Assembly (NCBI GenBank): GCA_036260935.1
Contig: DATALQ010000018.1
Span: forward strand, 34,378-98,377
From: Clostridia bacterium
GTDB taxonomy: Bacteria > Bacillota > Clostridia > Acetivibrionales > DTU013
Reading direction: 5' to 3'
Length of the DNA stretch: 64,000 bases
The translations under genes and the position numbers were made by a program. Shown one piece after another: positions 35,478 to 44,630 of the stretch (the stretch's first letter is position 1; every line of letters starts with the position of its first letter). Under the pieces are notes generated by a model that saw nothing but the letters and a program-made list of their open reading frames with translations, made no database searches and was not told where the DNA came from.

Positions 35478-36386
35478 ATGAAAAACACATTAAACAGGAC
35501 ACAGATCAATGATGTTATATTTAACGGCTTCAATGGTATTTTCATGTTGCTGCTCATCGTGGTCATGTTATACCCCTTTCTTAATACCGTCGCGATATCG
35601 TTTAACGATGGTCTGGATTCAGTTAAAGGGGGGATATACCTCTGGCCCAGAATATTCTCACTGCAGAGCTACAAGGCGGTTTTCTTCGGCGGTGCGGTAT
35701 ATCATGCCTTTTTTATCTCGGTTGCAAGGACTGTCATTGCCACAGTCTTAAACATATTTATTACAACCATGCTGTCATATGCATTGAGCAGAAGGGAATA
35801 CATACTTAGAAAATTCATTACGGTCATTGTCGTACTAACCATGTATTTCAACGCCGGTCTCATACCTTACTATCTGCTGTATAAATCCCTCGGCTTGAGA
35901 AACAGTTTTTTGGTATATATAATACCGACTATGATCAGCGCATTCAACATGGTAGTCATAAGAACATATATAAGGACTTTGCCGGAAAGCATGGTAGAAT
36001 CGGCAAGAATAGACGGCGCAGGCGAATTCAGGATATTCCTCAGGATAATATTCCCTTTATGCAAGCCGATATTGGCAACAGTGGCGCTTTTTGTCGCCGT
36101 ATGGCAATGGAACCAGTGGTTCGACACGTTTATTTACAACTCAGGCGTCCAGAACCTCAGTACCATGCAGTATGAATTGATGAAGCTTCTTACATCCACT
36201 ACGAGCGCAAATTCCAACCCGTCACTGGTCGGCGGCGTGGGTGCGACAGGAGCTACAAACCTTGTCACACCAATATCCATACGCTCCGCCATTACAGTTG
36301 TCGCCGCAGTGCCTATGATTATTGTTTATCCTTTCCTGCAGAATTACTTTGTAGTAGGCTTGGCGGTTGGCAGTATAAAAGAGTAA
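35478..36386 (+). CDS. Carbohydrate ABC transporter permease (LplC-like)
   Basis: 302 aa. EAA-type loop (ESARIDGAGEFRIFLRIIFPLCKP). Confidence 0.85.
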   Translation: MKNTLNRTQINDVIFNGFNGIFMLLLIVVMLYPFLNTVAISFNDGLDSVKGGIYLWPRIFSLQSYKAVFFGGAVYHAFFISVARTVIATVLNIFITTMLSYALSRREYILRKFITVIVVLTMYFNAGLIPYYLLYKSLGLRNSFLVYIIPTMISAFNMVVIRTYIRTLPESMVESARIDGAGEFRIFLRIIFPLCKPILATVALFVAVWQWNQWFDTFIYNSGVQNLSTMQYELMKLLTSTTSANSNPSLVGGVGATGATNLVTPISIRSAITVVAAVPMIIVYPFLQNYFVVGLAVGSIKE

Positions 36387-36448
36387 AGTGCACCCATGGG
36401 CCGGACGAGACCATAGTTCGGTAATGATTGAGTATTCCGGAATAAAAA

Positions 36449-36478
36449 AGGAAAGTCAAATTGACTATCCTTTTTTTG
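36449..36478 (+). terminator. Rho-independent terminator of ABC system 1
   Basis: AGGAAAGTCAA-A-TTGACTATCCT (one mismatch) followed by T7. Confidence 0.75.
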
Positions 36479-36511
36479 TTTGCCGGTCATTTTTATTTTA
36501 GGAGCATGATA

Positions 36512-36560
36512 TTGACAATACCCCGGCATTTGATAAAATATAGAAAGTTAATCGTTTTAG
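36512..36560 (+). promoter_or_regulatory. Promoter of LacI-1 with operator copy TTAATCGTTTTAG
   Basis: TTGACA (36512-36517), 16 nt, extended -10 TGaTAAAAT (36531-36539). Motif at 36548-36560 is the reverse complement (12/13) of GTAAAACGATTAA. Confidence 0.55.
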
Positions 36561-36568
36561 TTTTACGT

Positions 36569-37597
36569 TTGGAGGCGGTTAAAATCGCAGCAACAATCAA
36601 GGATGTAGCCAAGTATGCAGGAGTATCCACCGCAACCATATCCAAGTATATCAACGGAGTGGCGGTAAAGGAGCAAAACAGGGCCAGGATTGAGGAAGCG
36701 ATACGCGCCCTCGATTTCAGGGTCAATACCATGGCCAGGGGACTTAAGACCAATAAGACAATGACGATCGGCGTTTTGATTCCCAGTCTCGAGAACATCT
36801 TTGCCACTAGCATCGTATCCCACATCGAACGAATTTTTTTGCAAAACGGCTATAGTACCATTATTTGCGATTATAACCAGGATATCGGGCTGGAGAACAG
36901 CAAGTTCGATTTCCTGATGAGCAAGTTTGTCGACGGCGTAATAATAATGCCTCACGGGATCACGGAGGAGAGGGTCAGGAATGCCATCGATATGGACATT
37001 CCCGTCGTTTTGATCGACAGGCCCATGAAAAACGGGGAATGCGACCTTGTGCTGGTGGATAATCTGAATGCGTCCTATAATGCGGTGGAACAGCTTATTG
37101 TGAAAGGACACAGGGAAATTGGCATCATCAGCGGTCCCCAGGATATTTATACCGCACAGGAACGCCTTAAGGGGTATCTGAGGGTGCATGAAGACTATGG
37201 GATAAAAGTAAATGAAGATAACATCAAATACGGCGATTACGAAATCCAAAGCGGTTATGACCAGATGAAGGAGTTTTTGAACTCGGAAAAGCTGCCGGAT
37301 GCCGTTTTCGTCACCAATTATGAAATGACCATCGGGGCTGTCATGGCGCTTAACGAAAGCAGTATCAAGGTTCCGGAGGAGCTTTCCCTTATAGGCTTCG
37401 ACAACCAGCAGCTTGCAAGGGTTATCAAACCGAATCTTGCCATCGTGGTGCAGCCGATACAGCAAATCGGAGAATCCGCCGCCAATATAATACTGAGACG
37501 CCTGAAAGGCGACAGAACCAACTATCCTTCCATGCTGAGGCTGAAGACGGAGCTGCTTGCCGGACAGAGCATACAGGAACGGACCACGATAAAATAA
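36569..37597 (+). CDS. LacI-family transcriptional regulator (LacI-1); start codon uncertain
   Basis: HTH ATIKDVAKYAGVSTATISKYING plus a periplasmic-binding-fold sugar domain. The listed start 36461 adds ~40 non-homologous residues. Candidates are TTG 36569 or a non-canonical ATC 36584, which lies 8 nt after GGAGG. Confidence 0.8.
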   Translation: MEAVKIAATIKDVAKYAGVSTATISKYINGVAVKEQNRARIEEAIRALDFRVNTMARGLKTNKTMTIGVLIPSLENIFATSIVSHIERIFLQNGYSTIICDYNQDIGLENSKFDFLMSKFVDGVIIMPHGITEERVRNAIDMDIPVVLIDRPMKNGECDLVLVDNLNASYNAVEQLIVKGHREIGIISGPQDIYTAQERLKGYLRVHEDYGIKVNEDNIKYGDYEIQSGYDQMKEFLNSEKLPDAVFVTNYEMTIGAVMALNESSIKVPEELSLIGFDNQQLARVIKPNLAIVVQPIQQIGESAANIILRRLKGDRTNYPSMLRLKTELLAGQSIQERTTIK

Positions 37598-37607
37598 GGG
37601 CTAATTA

Positions 37608-37686
37608 TTGACAAAAGAGCAGGAAATTGATATTTTAAAAGTAAAACGATTAATCTATGACATAAAAACAAAAGTAAAACGATTAA
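37608..37686 (+). promoter_or_regulatory. Promoter region of the AKR-fucU-ADH operon with two copies of a 17-nt operator-like repeat
   Basis: TTGACA (37608-37613), 17 nt, TATTTT. AAAAGTAAAACGATTAA occurs at 37637-37653 and again at 37670-37686, 33 bp apart. Confidence 0.6.
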
Positions 37687-37737
37687 CAATAATAAAATAT
37701 ACCATTCTGTAAAATCTAATATAAAAGAGGTCTGATC

Positions 37738-38775
37738 ATGAACAAGCAAAAAGTGTTTCAACCCGCAAGGGATGGCGTGGACCCCAGTCTGGTTCCGCAC
37801 ATGACTTTTTTCACCGGCGCAAAAATACCGGGCATAGGCCTCGGAACCTTCGGCTCTGACCGATATTCCGGAGAAGAGGTTGCAAAGGCGGTCAAGGAAG
37901 CCATATACGCCGGCTACCGGCACATCGACTGCGCAAGTGTTTACGGAAACGAGCATTTGATTGGACAATCCCTGAGTGAAGTAATTGAGGAAGGGTTGAA
38001 TCGCGAGGAATTGTTCGTCACCTCCAAAGTGTGGAACAACATGCATGGAGAAGGGGATATCCTGCGCTCATGCGAAAAGACATTAAAGGATCTCAAACTG
38101 GATTATCTGGACCTCTATCTGGTGCACTGGCCGTTCCCGAACCACCACGCGCCGGGCGTCAGTGTGGATTCCCGCGATCCGCATGCCGTACCCTATATAC
38201 ATGAAAACTACATGAAAACCTGGCGGCAGATGGAACGGCTGGTCGATGAGGGCCTTGTCAGGCATATCGGCACTTCCAACATGACCTTGCCGAAACTCGA
38301 ACTGGTTTTGAGGGATGCCAGGATTATGCCTGCTGCGAATGAAATGGAGTTGCATCCTCACTTCCAGCAGCCGGAGCTGTTCCAGTACTGTCTGGACCAT
38401 GGCATCGTACCGATCGGGTACTGCCCGGTAGGCTCACCGAAACGGCCCGAACGGGACAGAACTGAGGACGATACGGTGGATACTGAGGATCCGGTGATCT
38501 TGAAAATTGCCGAAAGGCTGAATGTGCATCCTGCAGTCGTCTGTGTCAAATGGGCAGTGCAAAGGGGTCAGGTTCCCATACCTTTTTCCACCACCAGGAG
38601 CCACTTTTTAAACAACCTGATCTGTTCAACGACTGAACCGCTCACAGCGGAAGAGATGAAGGCAGTGGCGGGGATCGACAGGAACTGTAGGCTGATCAAA
38701 GGCCAGGTATTCCTTTGGCAGAGTGCAAAGGATTGGACTGATCTGTGGGATCCCGACGGCGTAATTGCAAAGTAG
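37738..38775 (+). CDS. Aldo/keto reductase
   Basis: 345 aa. The AKR catalytic tetrad context is visible (GTFGSD, DCASVYGNE, VTSKVWN, LVHWP). Confidence 0.85.
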   Translation: MNKQKVFQPARDGVDPSLVPHMTFFTGAKIPGIGLGTFGSDRYSGEEVAKAVKEAIYAGYRHIDCASVYGNEHLIGQSLSEVIEEGLNREELFVTSKVWNNMHGEGDILRSCEKTLKDLKLDYLDLYLVHWPFPNHHAPGVSVDSRDPHAVPYIHENYMKTWRQMERLVDEGLVRHIGTSNMTLPKLELVLRDARIMPAANEMELHPHFQQPELFQYCLDHGIVPIGYCPVGSPKRPERDRTEDDTVDTEDPVILKIAERLNVHPAVVCVKWAVQRGQVPIPFSTTRSHFLNNLICSTTEPLTAEEMKAVAGIDRNCRLIKGQVFLWQSAKDWTDLWDPDGVIAK

Positions 38776-38812
38776 TAGCTTTATAATTATTAATAATCAG
38801 GAGGAAAATCTC

Positions 38813-39244
38813 ATGTTGAAAGGAATACCATCTATTATCAGCCCGGAGCTTCTAAAAGTACTGATGGAAATGGGGCATGGGGATGAACTCGTACTGTCGG
38901 ACGGCAATTTTCCAGCAGCTGCATTGGCAAATCGGCTGGTAAGATGTGATGGACACAATGTACCGGATATACTCGAAGCCATATTGAAATTCTTCCCTCT
39001 GGACCCTTATGTGGAGAAGCCTGTTTCCCTGATGGCGGTTGTCCCCGGGGATACCGTCAAGCCCGTCATATGGGACACCTATAAGGCGATTGTTGAAAAA
39101 TACGAACCGAAAAATGGCAGGATTGAGTTTGTCGAGCGTTTTGCATTCTATGAAAGAGCAAAAAAAGCGTATGCCATAATTGCAACCGGGGAAAAAGCGC
39201 TTTATGCCAATATCATCCTGAAAAAAGGCGTTGTCGTGGAGTAA
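38813..39244 (+). CDS. fucU: L-fucose mutarotase (RbsD/FucU family)
   Basis: 143 aa from ATG 38813 (AGGAGG SD). Close to E. coli FucU along its whole length (MLKGIPSIISPELLKVLMEMGHGDE..., ERFAFYERAKKAYAII.TGE...YANIILKKGVV). Confidence 0.9.
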   Translation: MLKGIPSIISPELLKVLMEMGHGDELVLSDGNFPAAALANRLVRCDGHNVPDILEAILKFFPLDPYVEKPVSLMAVVPGDTVKPVIWDTYKAIVEKYEPKNGRIEFVERFAFYERAKKAYAIIATGEKALYANIILKKGVVVE

Positions 39245-39286
39245 TGCAGGACTGAATAAATAATTTATGGAAATAGGAGGATAATT

Positions 39287-40348
39287 ATGAGCAATTCAAT
39301 GAAAGCAGCTTATTTACCCGGTAACAGCACAGTTGTACTCAAAGAGGTAGAAATTCCGGAGCCCGGCCATGGCCAGGTATTGATCAGAACAAAATCTTCA
39401 ACGATCTGCGGCAGCGATATCCGCGCCATATACCGCGAACACCTCGGAAAGGGACCTGAAGGCTACCAGGACAAGATAGCAGGGCATGAGCCTGCCGGCC
39501 AGATAATAAAGTGCGGACCCGGAATGCGCAGATTCAAAGAAGGCGACAGAGTCATCGTTTATCATATTTCCGGGTGCGGGCTCTGCAACGACTGCCGCAG
39601 GGGCTATATGATCAGCTGCACCAGCCCGCTCAGGGCGGCATACGGCTGGCAGAGGGACGGCGGGATGGCCCCCTACATCCTGGCAGACGAAAAGGATTGT
39701 GTGCTCCTGCCTGATGAATTGACTTATACGGACGGAGCCCAGGTAGCTTGCGGTTTCGGAACGGTATATGAAGGCCTTGAGAAGATCGGCATATCGGGCA
39801 ATGACGCGGTACTGGTCGTAGGACTTGGCCCAGTCGGACTTGCCACACTGATGCTTGCCAAGGCAATGGGCGCACAGAAGCTGATCGGCGTGGACGTGAC
39901 AAAGGAACGCTGCCAGCTGGCGCTGGATAAAAAACTGGCCGACCATGTCTTTGTTTCCGGAGCAGATACGCTGGAACAAATACAAAAGCTGACAGGCGGT
40001 TTTGGAGTCGAACGGGCTATTGACTGTTCCGGTCATACCTCCGGACGTCAACTGGCAATCCGTGCGACCCGTAAATGGGGAAAGATTGCGTTCGTTGGAG
40101 AAGGCGGTACGGTCGAATTCAACCCGAGCCCGGATATTATCCACGAGCAGAAAACAATTTTCGGTTCCTGGGTCACAAGCATCTGGAAGATGGAAGAACT
40201 GGTGGAAAGACTGGTCCGCTGGGGCATTCATCCGGAAGACCTCGTTACTCACCGCTTTACACTGGACAACGTATCCGAGGCATATACGCTTATGGCCGAA
40301 GGAAAATGCGGCAAGGTAGCAGTCGTATTCGACGAGGAGATCAAATAG
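39287..40348 (+). CDS. Zinc-dependent medium-chain alcohol/polyol dehydrogenase
   Basis: 353 aa. GHEPAGQI catalytic-zinc motif, [15 protein letters not shown] structural-zinc Cys cluster, GLGPVGL NAD(P) loop. Confidence 0.85.
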   Translation: MSNSMKAAYLPGNSTVVLKEVEIPEPGHGQVLIRTKSSTICGSDIRAIYREHLGKGPEGYQDKIAGHEPAGQIIKCGPGMRRFKEGDRVIVYHISGCGLCNDCRRGYMISCTSPLRAAYGWQRDGGMAPYILADEKDCVLLPDELTYTDGAQVACGFGTVYEGLEKIGISGNDAVLVVGLGPVGLATLMLAKAMGAQKLIGVDVTKERCQLALDKKLADHVFVSGADTLEQIQKLTGGFGVERAIDCSGHTSGRQLAIRATRKWGKIAFVGEGGTVEFNPSPDIIHEQKTIFGSWVTSIWKMEELVERLVRWGIHPEDLVTHRFTLDNVSEAYTLMAEGKCGKVAVVFDEEIK

Positions 40349-40384
40349 GTTTGATCTTGAAAAAAAATTAATAAATATCATGTA

Positions 40385-40416
40385 GGGGAGGGGGCGAAAG
40401 CCCCCCCTCCTTTTTT
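40385..40416 (+). terminator. Rho-independent terminator of the AKR-fucU-ADH operon
   Basis: GGGGAGGGGGC-GAAA-GCCCCCCCTCC followed by T6. Confidence 0.85.
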
Positions 40417-40475
40417 GTGAAAAATGAATTCCTTTGGTAAACTTGCTGCAGACATCTGCTTACTCCACCGATCAA

Positions 40476-40533
40476 TTGAAAAAACAAAAACCTCGTATTC
40501 GAGGCCTGTTCAGGTCAAGGAATACGAGGTTTT
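40476..40533 (-). terminator. Terminator of the minus-strand ABC operon
   Basis: On the minus strand, AACCTCGTATTC...GAATACGAGGTT (12-bp stem; an alternative inner hairpin is CCTCG-AATA-CGAGG) is followed by TTTTTGTTTTTT. Confidence 0.75.
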
Positions 40534-40556
40534 GAATCAAAGCTATTTAACCAATA

Positions 40557-42350
40557 TTACTTGTTAGCTGCAGCATTCTTGGCGTCGAGTTCGATCTGCC
40601 ATTTCTGTGTATCGAACTTAACAACATCTGCAAATCCGTTTCCATCCATCTGTGTAACCATTTCATCCCACAGTGAATCGAATTTGGCTTGGCTTCCACA
40701 GAAGATCATCTTCCAGGAGTACTCTTCGAGAACTTCTTCACAGGCATTACGAGCAACAGCTGTATCATTGGGATCGCTCGGCAGAGATACTCTGACGTTC
40801 GGGCTTATCACCAGGGCGCCGTTGTCCTTCATCCACTGTGCAGGCTCGGGAGAACCGAATTTCGCTGCCCAATCCTTCGTCATCTGAGTCTGGGTAGCAG
40901 CCTTATATGAACTCCAATACTGGCTGGAATAGGGTTCGCCTGTATTCGGGTTCTTGCTGATGGCGTCGACTATCCACTGATTGATTGCGTTGTTACCGTC
41001 GTTGTAGCCGCCACCGCCGAATTCTGCAGGAACAGGCAGGTTATCCATCAGAGCGTTTTCATTCTTAAGGGTGTATTTGCCGTCAGCACCTACAGTATAG
41101 TTGAAATCCTTGAGACCGTTGTGCTGGAAAGTTAAGCCTTCCGGACTTGCATACCAGTCGAGGAATTCCATGATCCTTGCATACTTCTCGGCGTCAACGC
41201 CGGAGCCGACACCGAATACACGGCCGCTGCCATAGTATGTATCAGCGTCTGCATAGTATTTCTGATCCTTGACGGGAATAAATCTGAATGCATTGCCCGC
41301 TTTCAGCTTATCCGTAGTATTCCAGAAGCCTACCTGCCAGCTGTACCAAAGCAGATTAACGCGACCGGCTGTTATCTTGGGATATACTGCATTCCAGTCC
41401 TGATCCTTGGAGTCGGGATCTACAAGACCCTTCTGCTGCAGATCATACAGGAAGTGAAGCATCTTATAGTAAGTGCCGTCTTTGTCCGTAACCTTGCCCC
41501 AGGTTCCGTCGGGTTTCAAAACTATGGAACCCTTGATTTTTTCGCCGTACCAGGTGGTCAGCTGAACGACATTGGCAATACCCATCATGTTGTCGCCGCC
41601 ATCCCAGTCAGGCCAAAGTGTTACAGCGTAGCACTTCTCACCCTTGTCATTCGTCGGGTGCTTCTTCTGCATCTGAGCCAGTACGTCAACGAGACCATTC
41701 AAATCAGCTATATCCGGGGTCCCGAGTTCGCTGTACAGATCCCAGCGAAGCAGAGGGCTGGAGTAAATAACATCCTGCGAATATGCCGTCGCACCTGTAT
41801 TTGTCATCTGTGCGGGGATACCGTAGATATTGCCTGCATCATTTGTTGGAATACCCTTGTTGTATGTATCGATCTGATCCTTGTAGGTCATCAGGTTGGA
41901 ATAATTTCCGACATCAGCGGTGATATCCTTGATCAGCTTGTTCTGAACGCAGTCAGAAAAATCCGAGGGTTCAAGGAGCACGATATCGCCGAGATTACCC
42001 GAGCTTACACGTGTCTGATATAATGCGGCGCCCGCTACCTGCGGAGCCAGGATATTGAGTGACAGGTTGAATTTGTCCTTTACAATCTTGCCGAACCAGC
42101 CGGTCTGCAGTCCCTGAAAGTTAGCTGCAACGTCATAGATGTCGATTGTCAGCTCTTTATCATGGGATACTGTCGGAGTAGCGGGAGCAGCAGCAGTGCT
42201 TTCTGCTGGTGCTGCTTCAGGTGTCGCTGCCGGTGCCGTGGTCGCTGCAGCATTTGTGTTGTCAGCGGTATTGCCACCGCATCCAGTCAAAGCTGTTGCC
42301 AAAACAAATACTACTACCAGCAGTAATGATAATAACTTTTTGTGGCCCAT
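40557..42350 (-). CDS. Large extracellular solute-binding lipoprotein (CUT1 ABC system 2)
   Basis: 597 aa from ATG 42350 (GGGAGG SD). Lipobox ALTGC followed by an Ala/Thr/Pro-rich linker. Confidence 0.85.
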   Translation of the reverse strand: MGHKKLLSLLLVVVFVLATALTGCGGNTADNTNAAATTAPAATPEAAPAESTAAAPATPTVSHDKELTIDIYDVAANFQGLQTGWFGKIVKDKFNLSLNILAPQVAGAALYQTRVSSGNLGDIVLLEPSDFSDCVQNKLIKDITADVGNYSNLMTYKDQIDTYNKGIPTNDAGNIYGIPAQMTNTGATAYSQDVIYSSPLLRWDLYSELGTPDIADLNGLVDVLAQMQKKHPTNDKGEKCYAVTLWPDWDGGDNMMGIANVVQLTTWYGEKIKGSIVLKPDGTWGKVTDKDGTYYKMLHFLYDLQQKGLVDPDSKDQDWNAVYPKITAGRVNLLWYSWQVGFWNTTDKLKAGNAFRFIPVKDQKYYADADTYYGSGRVFGVGSGVDAEKYARIMEFLDWYASPEGLTFQHNGLKDFNYTVGADGKYTLKNENALMDNLPVPAEFGGGGYNDGNNAINQWIVDAISKNPNTGEPYSSQYWSSYKAATQTQMTKDWAAKFGSPEPAQWMKDNGALVISPNVRVSLPSDPNDTAVARNACEEVLEEYSWKMIFCGSQAKFDSLWDEMVTQMDGNGFADVVKFDTQKWQIELDAKNAAANK

Positions 42351-42417
42351 AAACAAACCTCCCTTTAATAATATGATGTTTCTTACAATCAACAACGAAG
42401 TGCTACTTCATTGTTCA

Positions 42418-43362
42418 TTATCCTTTTACAGCCCCGATCATGATACCTTTTACGAAGAATCTCTGGAAGATCGGGTATACCAGTATGATCGGCGTTACGA
42501 CGAGGACTGTTACCGTCATACGGATTGAGGTGGCTGTCTGCGCTTTCGCAAGACTTGCTGCAATGTTGACCGTACCCGAAGCGTTATTAATCAAGCCTTT
42601 CAAAGAGCTTGCCTGATTGATGTACTGGTATAGCACAAACTGCAATGTAAACAGTTTGTTGTCAGTTACCAGAAGCAGAGTGTCCTGGAAGGAATTCCAC
42701 TGTGCAACTGCCGCGAATATCGCAATTGTCGCAAGAATCGGCTTGACGATCGGCAGAATGACGCGGAAAAAAATCTTGAGCGTACCGGCGCCGTCAATCT
42801 CCGCCGCTTCCTGCAGTTCCTTCGGAGTGGATTCTACAAAGGTTTTACACAGCACGATATAGAAAGGCTGAATAACTACTGGCCAGATATAGCCCCAGAA
42901 ATTATTCGTAAGCCCGAGATTTTTCATGGTAATATACCATGGAATTATACCGGCGTTGAAATACATTGTCGCTATTACGAAGCGATACCAGAATTTTCTG
43001 TGCCACAGACTTTCCCGCGTAAACATGTACCCCAGAAAGGCTGCGAACAATACTGTAAGGGCCGTTCCTATCACTGTTCTTTCTACAGAAACCGTAAGTG
43101 CATTGAACAGATCCGGTATTTTCAGTACGTTTGCATAGTTGCTGAAATGTATTCCCAGCGGCCAAAACAGTACTTTACCTTTGTCACTCAGGTCATTCGC
43201 ACTGATTGAATTGATAAAGATATAATAAAACGGGTAGATGCATACGAAGGAAAACAGTGCGTATACAACATAGGTAACTATGCTTATGAGCCTGTCGCCT
43301 ATGCCGTATTTCATTTTCAATTTTGTTGTTTTGGGCTTTTCAGTACTTATATGTAATTCCAT
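42418..43362 (-). CDS. Carbohydrate ABC transporter permease (LplC-like)
   Basis: 314 aa. EAA loop (EAAEIDGAGTLKIFFRVILPIVKP). Confidence 0.85.
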   Translation of the reverse strand: MELHISTEKPKTTKLKMKYGIGDRLISIVTYVVYALFSFVCIYPFYYIFINSISANDLSDKGKVLFWPLGIHFSNYANVLKIPDLFNALTVSVERTVIGTALTVLFAAFLGYMFTRESLWHRKFWYRFVIATMYFNAGIIPWYITMKNLGLTNNFWGYIWPVVIQPFYIVLCKTFVESTPKELQEAAEIDGAGTLKIFFRVILPIVKPILATIAIFAAVAQWNSFQDTLLLVTDNKLFTLQFVLYQYINQASSLKGLINNASGTVNIAASLAKAQTATSIRMTVTVLVVTPIILVYPIFQRFFVKGIMIGAVKG

Positions 43363-43389
43363 AACATTTCCCCCTTCCCTCTCTATAGT

Positions 43390-44310
43390 CTAAATAAAGC
43401 CCTGGCCTCTTACCAACTTCGATACACCATTCGTGACACACAGGAGTATGACACTGATGATGCTCTTGAACATGCTGACTGCGACGGAAAGGGAATAGCC
43501 TCCGTTACCCATTGCCAGATTGTAGACATAAAGGTCAAGAACCTGTATATAGTCCTTATTGAATGCGTTCTGGAAGACATAGAACTGTTCCATGCCATTG
43601 GTCAGGAAGTTCGCCAGATTGAGCATTACTATTACGAAATAGGTTGGCAGCAGGCTCGGAAGCGTAATGTGCCATATTATCTTCATTCTCGAAGCGCCAT
43701 CTATCTTTGCTGCCGTAATCATTTCCTCATCTATGCCTGATATGGCCGCGATATACATGATAGCGGCCCAGCCTGCATTTTTCCATGTCAGCCACAGCCA
43801 CATCTTGAACCAGACATGGTCGGGTGACGCCAAAAATATCTGTGGTTCCTGTATAAGTCCCAGGTTCATTGCCACTGTATTGACAGCACCGGTGCTGCTG
43901 AAAACAGAAAAAGCGATTGAATACACGAGGACCCAGCTGATGAAGTTCGGAAGCGTGGTTACTGTCTGCACGAACCTTTTATAAGTCCTGGCCTTGATCT
44001 CATTAAGGAATACGGCAAAGACCATGGGGAACCATGAAAAAGCAAGGCTCAGCCCGCTGATTGCAAAAGTGTTTCTCATAACTTCCAGGAGTTGATTTAT
44101 CCTGACCTTGTTCGATACCATCGTCTGGAACCATTTTAATCCGACAAACTTTTCCCAGGTCAGAGGAAATGGAGGTTTGTAATCGAAAAATGCATAGAAC
44201 CAACCATAAAGCGGGTAGTACGCAAACAGTGCTACAATTGCCAGGAAAGGCAGTATGTACAGGAATTCCCGATACGATCTGGCCTTTGCCCTGTCCTTAA
44301 TCAACTTCAT
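43390..44310 (-). CDS. Sugar ABC transporter permease (LplB-like)
   Basis: 306 aa. EAA loop (TAAKIDGASRMKIIWHITLPSL). Confidence 0.85.
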   Translation of the reverse strand: MKLIKDRAKARSYREFLYILPFLAIVALFAYYPLYGWFYAFFDYKPPFPLTWEKFVGLKWFQTMVSNKVRINQLLEVMRNTFAISGLSLAFSWFPMVFAVFLNEIKARTYKRFVQTVTTLPNFISWVLVYSIAFSVFSSTGAVNTVAMNLGLIQEPQIFLASPDHVWFKMWLWLTWKNAGWAAIMYIAAISGIDEEMITAAKIDGASRMKIIWHITLPSLLPTYFVIVMLNLANFLTNGMEQFYVFQNAFNKDYIQVLDLYVYNLAMGNGGYSLSVAVSMFKSIISVILLCVTNGVSKLVRGQGFI

Positions 44311-44414
44311 CCAAATAGCCCCCCTACTCGTTATGAAATCAAATCAAATCAAGCGAAATTATTAAGTCTGATAATACTAATAGAAAGTGCAGGTTCCTTA
44401 TAGAATTTCTTTGG

Positions 44415-44467
44415 TTAATCGTTTTACCTTATATGGTAATTATATTCACACGGTTTGTGAATGTCAA
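44415..44467 (-). promoter_or_regulatory. Consensus promoter of ABC operon 2 with downstream operator GTAAAACGATTAA
   Basis: On the minus strand: TTGACA (44467-44462), 17 nt, TATAAT (44444-44439), then GGTAAAACGATTAACC (core 44427-44415) 11 nt after the -10. Confidence 0.65.
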
Positions 44468-44630
44468 CCTCGGGAGGAAATTTGTACAAAAATTTAAATA
44501 ATTAATCTTAAATTTAAAGTCGTTATTTGTATGAATCATGCAGGCTAATATTCCATTCAGGGCTTCCGCTGTCGGCTGCATATTCGACTTATATGAATTG
44601 AGTAATGAAAAGAGAACAGAAGTTGCCGGA

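Noticed and set aside
39398-40381. Very long antisense ORFs: 327 aa opposite the Zn-ADH gene. Similar cases at 36563-37465, 62345-63211, 57375-58169, 25157-25753, 26771-27454, 33032-33649 and 16262-16897.
   Set aside because: Each lies entirely opposite a gene with clear family motifs. They have no SD, and their composition is odd (Arg/Pro/Cys/His-rich) with no recognisable motifs. They look like mirror ORFs produced by the sense-strand codon bias.
44336-44350. (AAATC)x3 pentanucleotide repeat in the leader of ABC operon 2.
   Set aside because: Three copies are too short to argue for phase variation or a specific function. Noted only as a curiosity.
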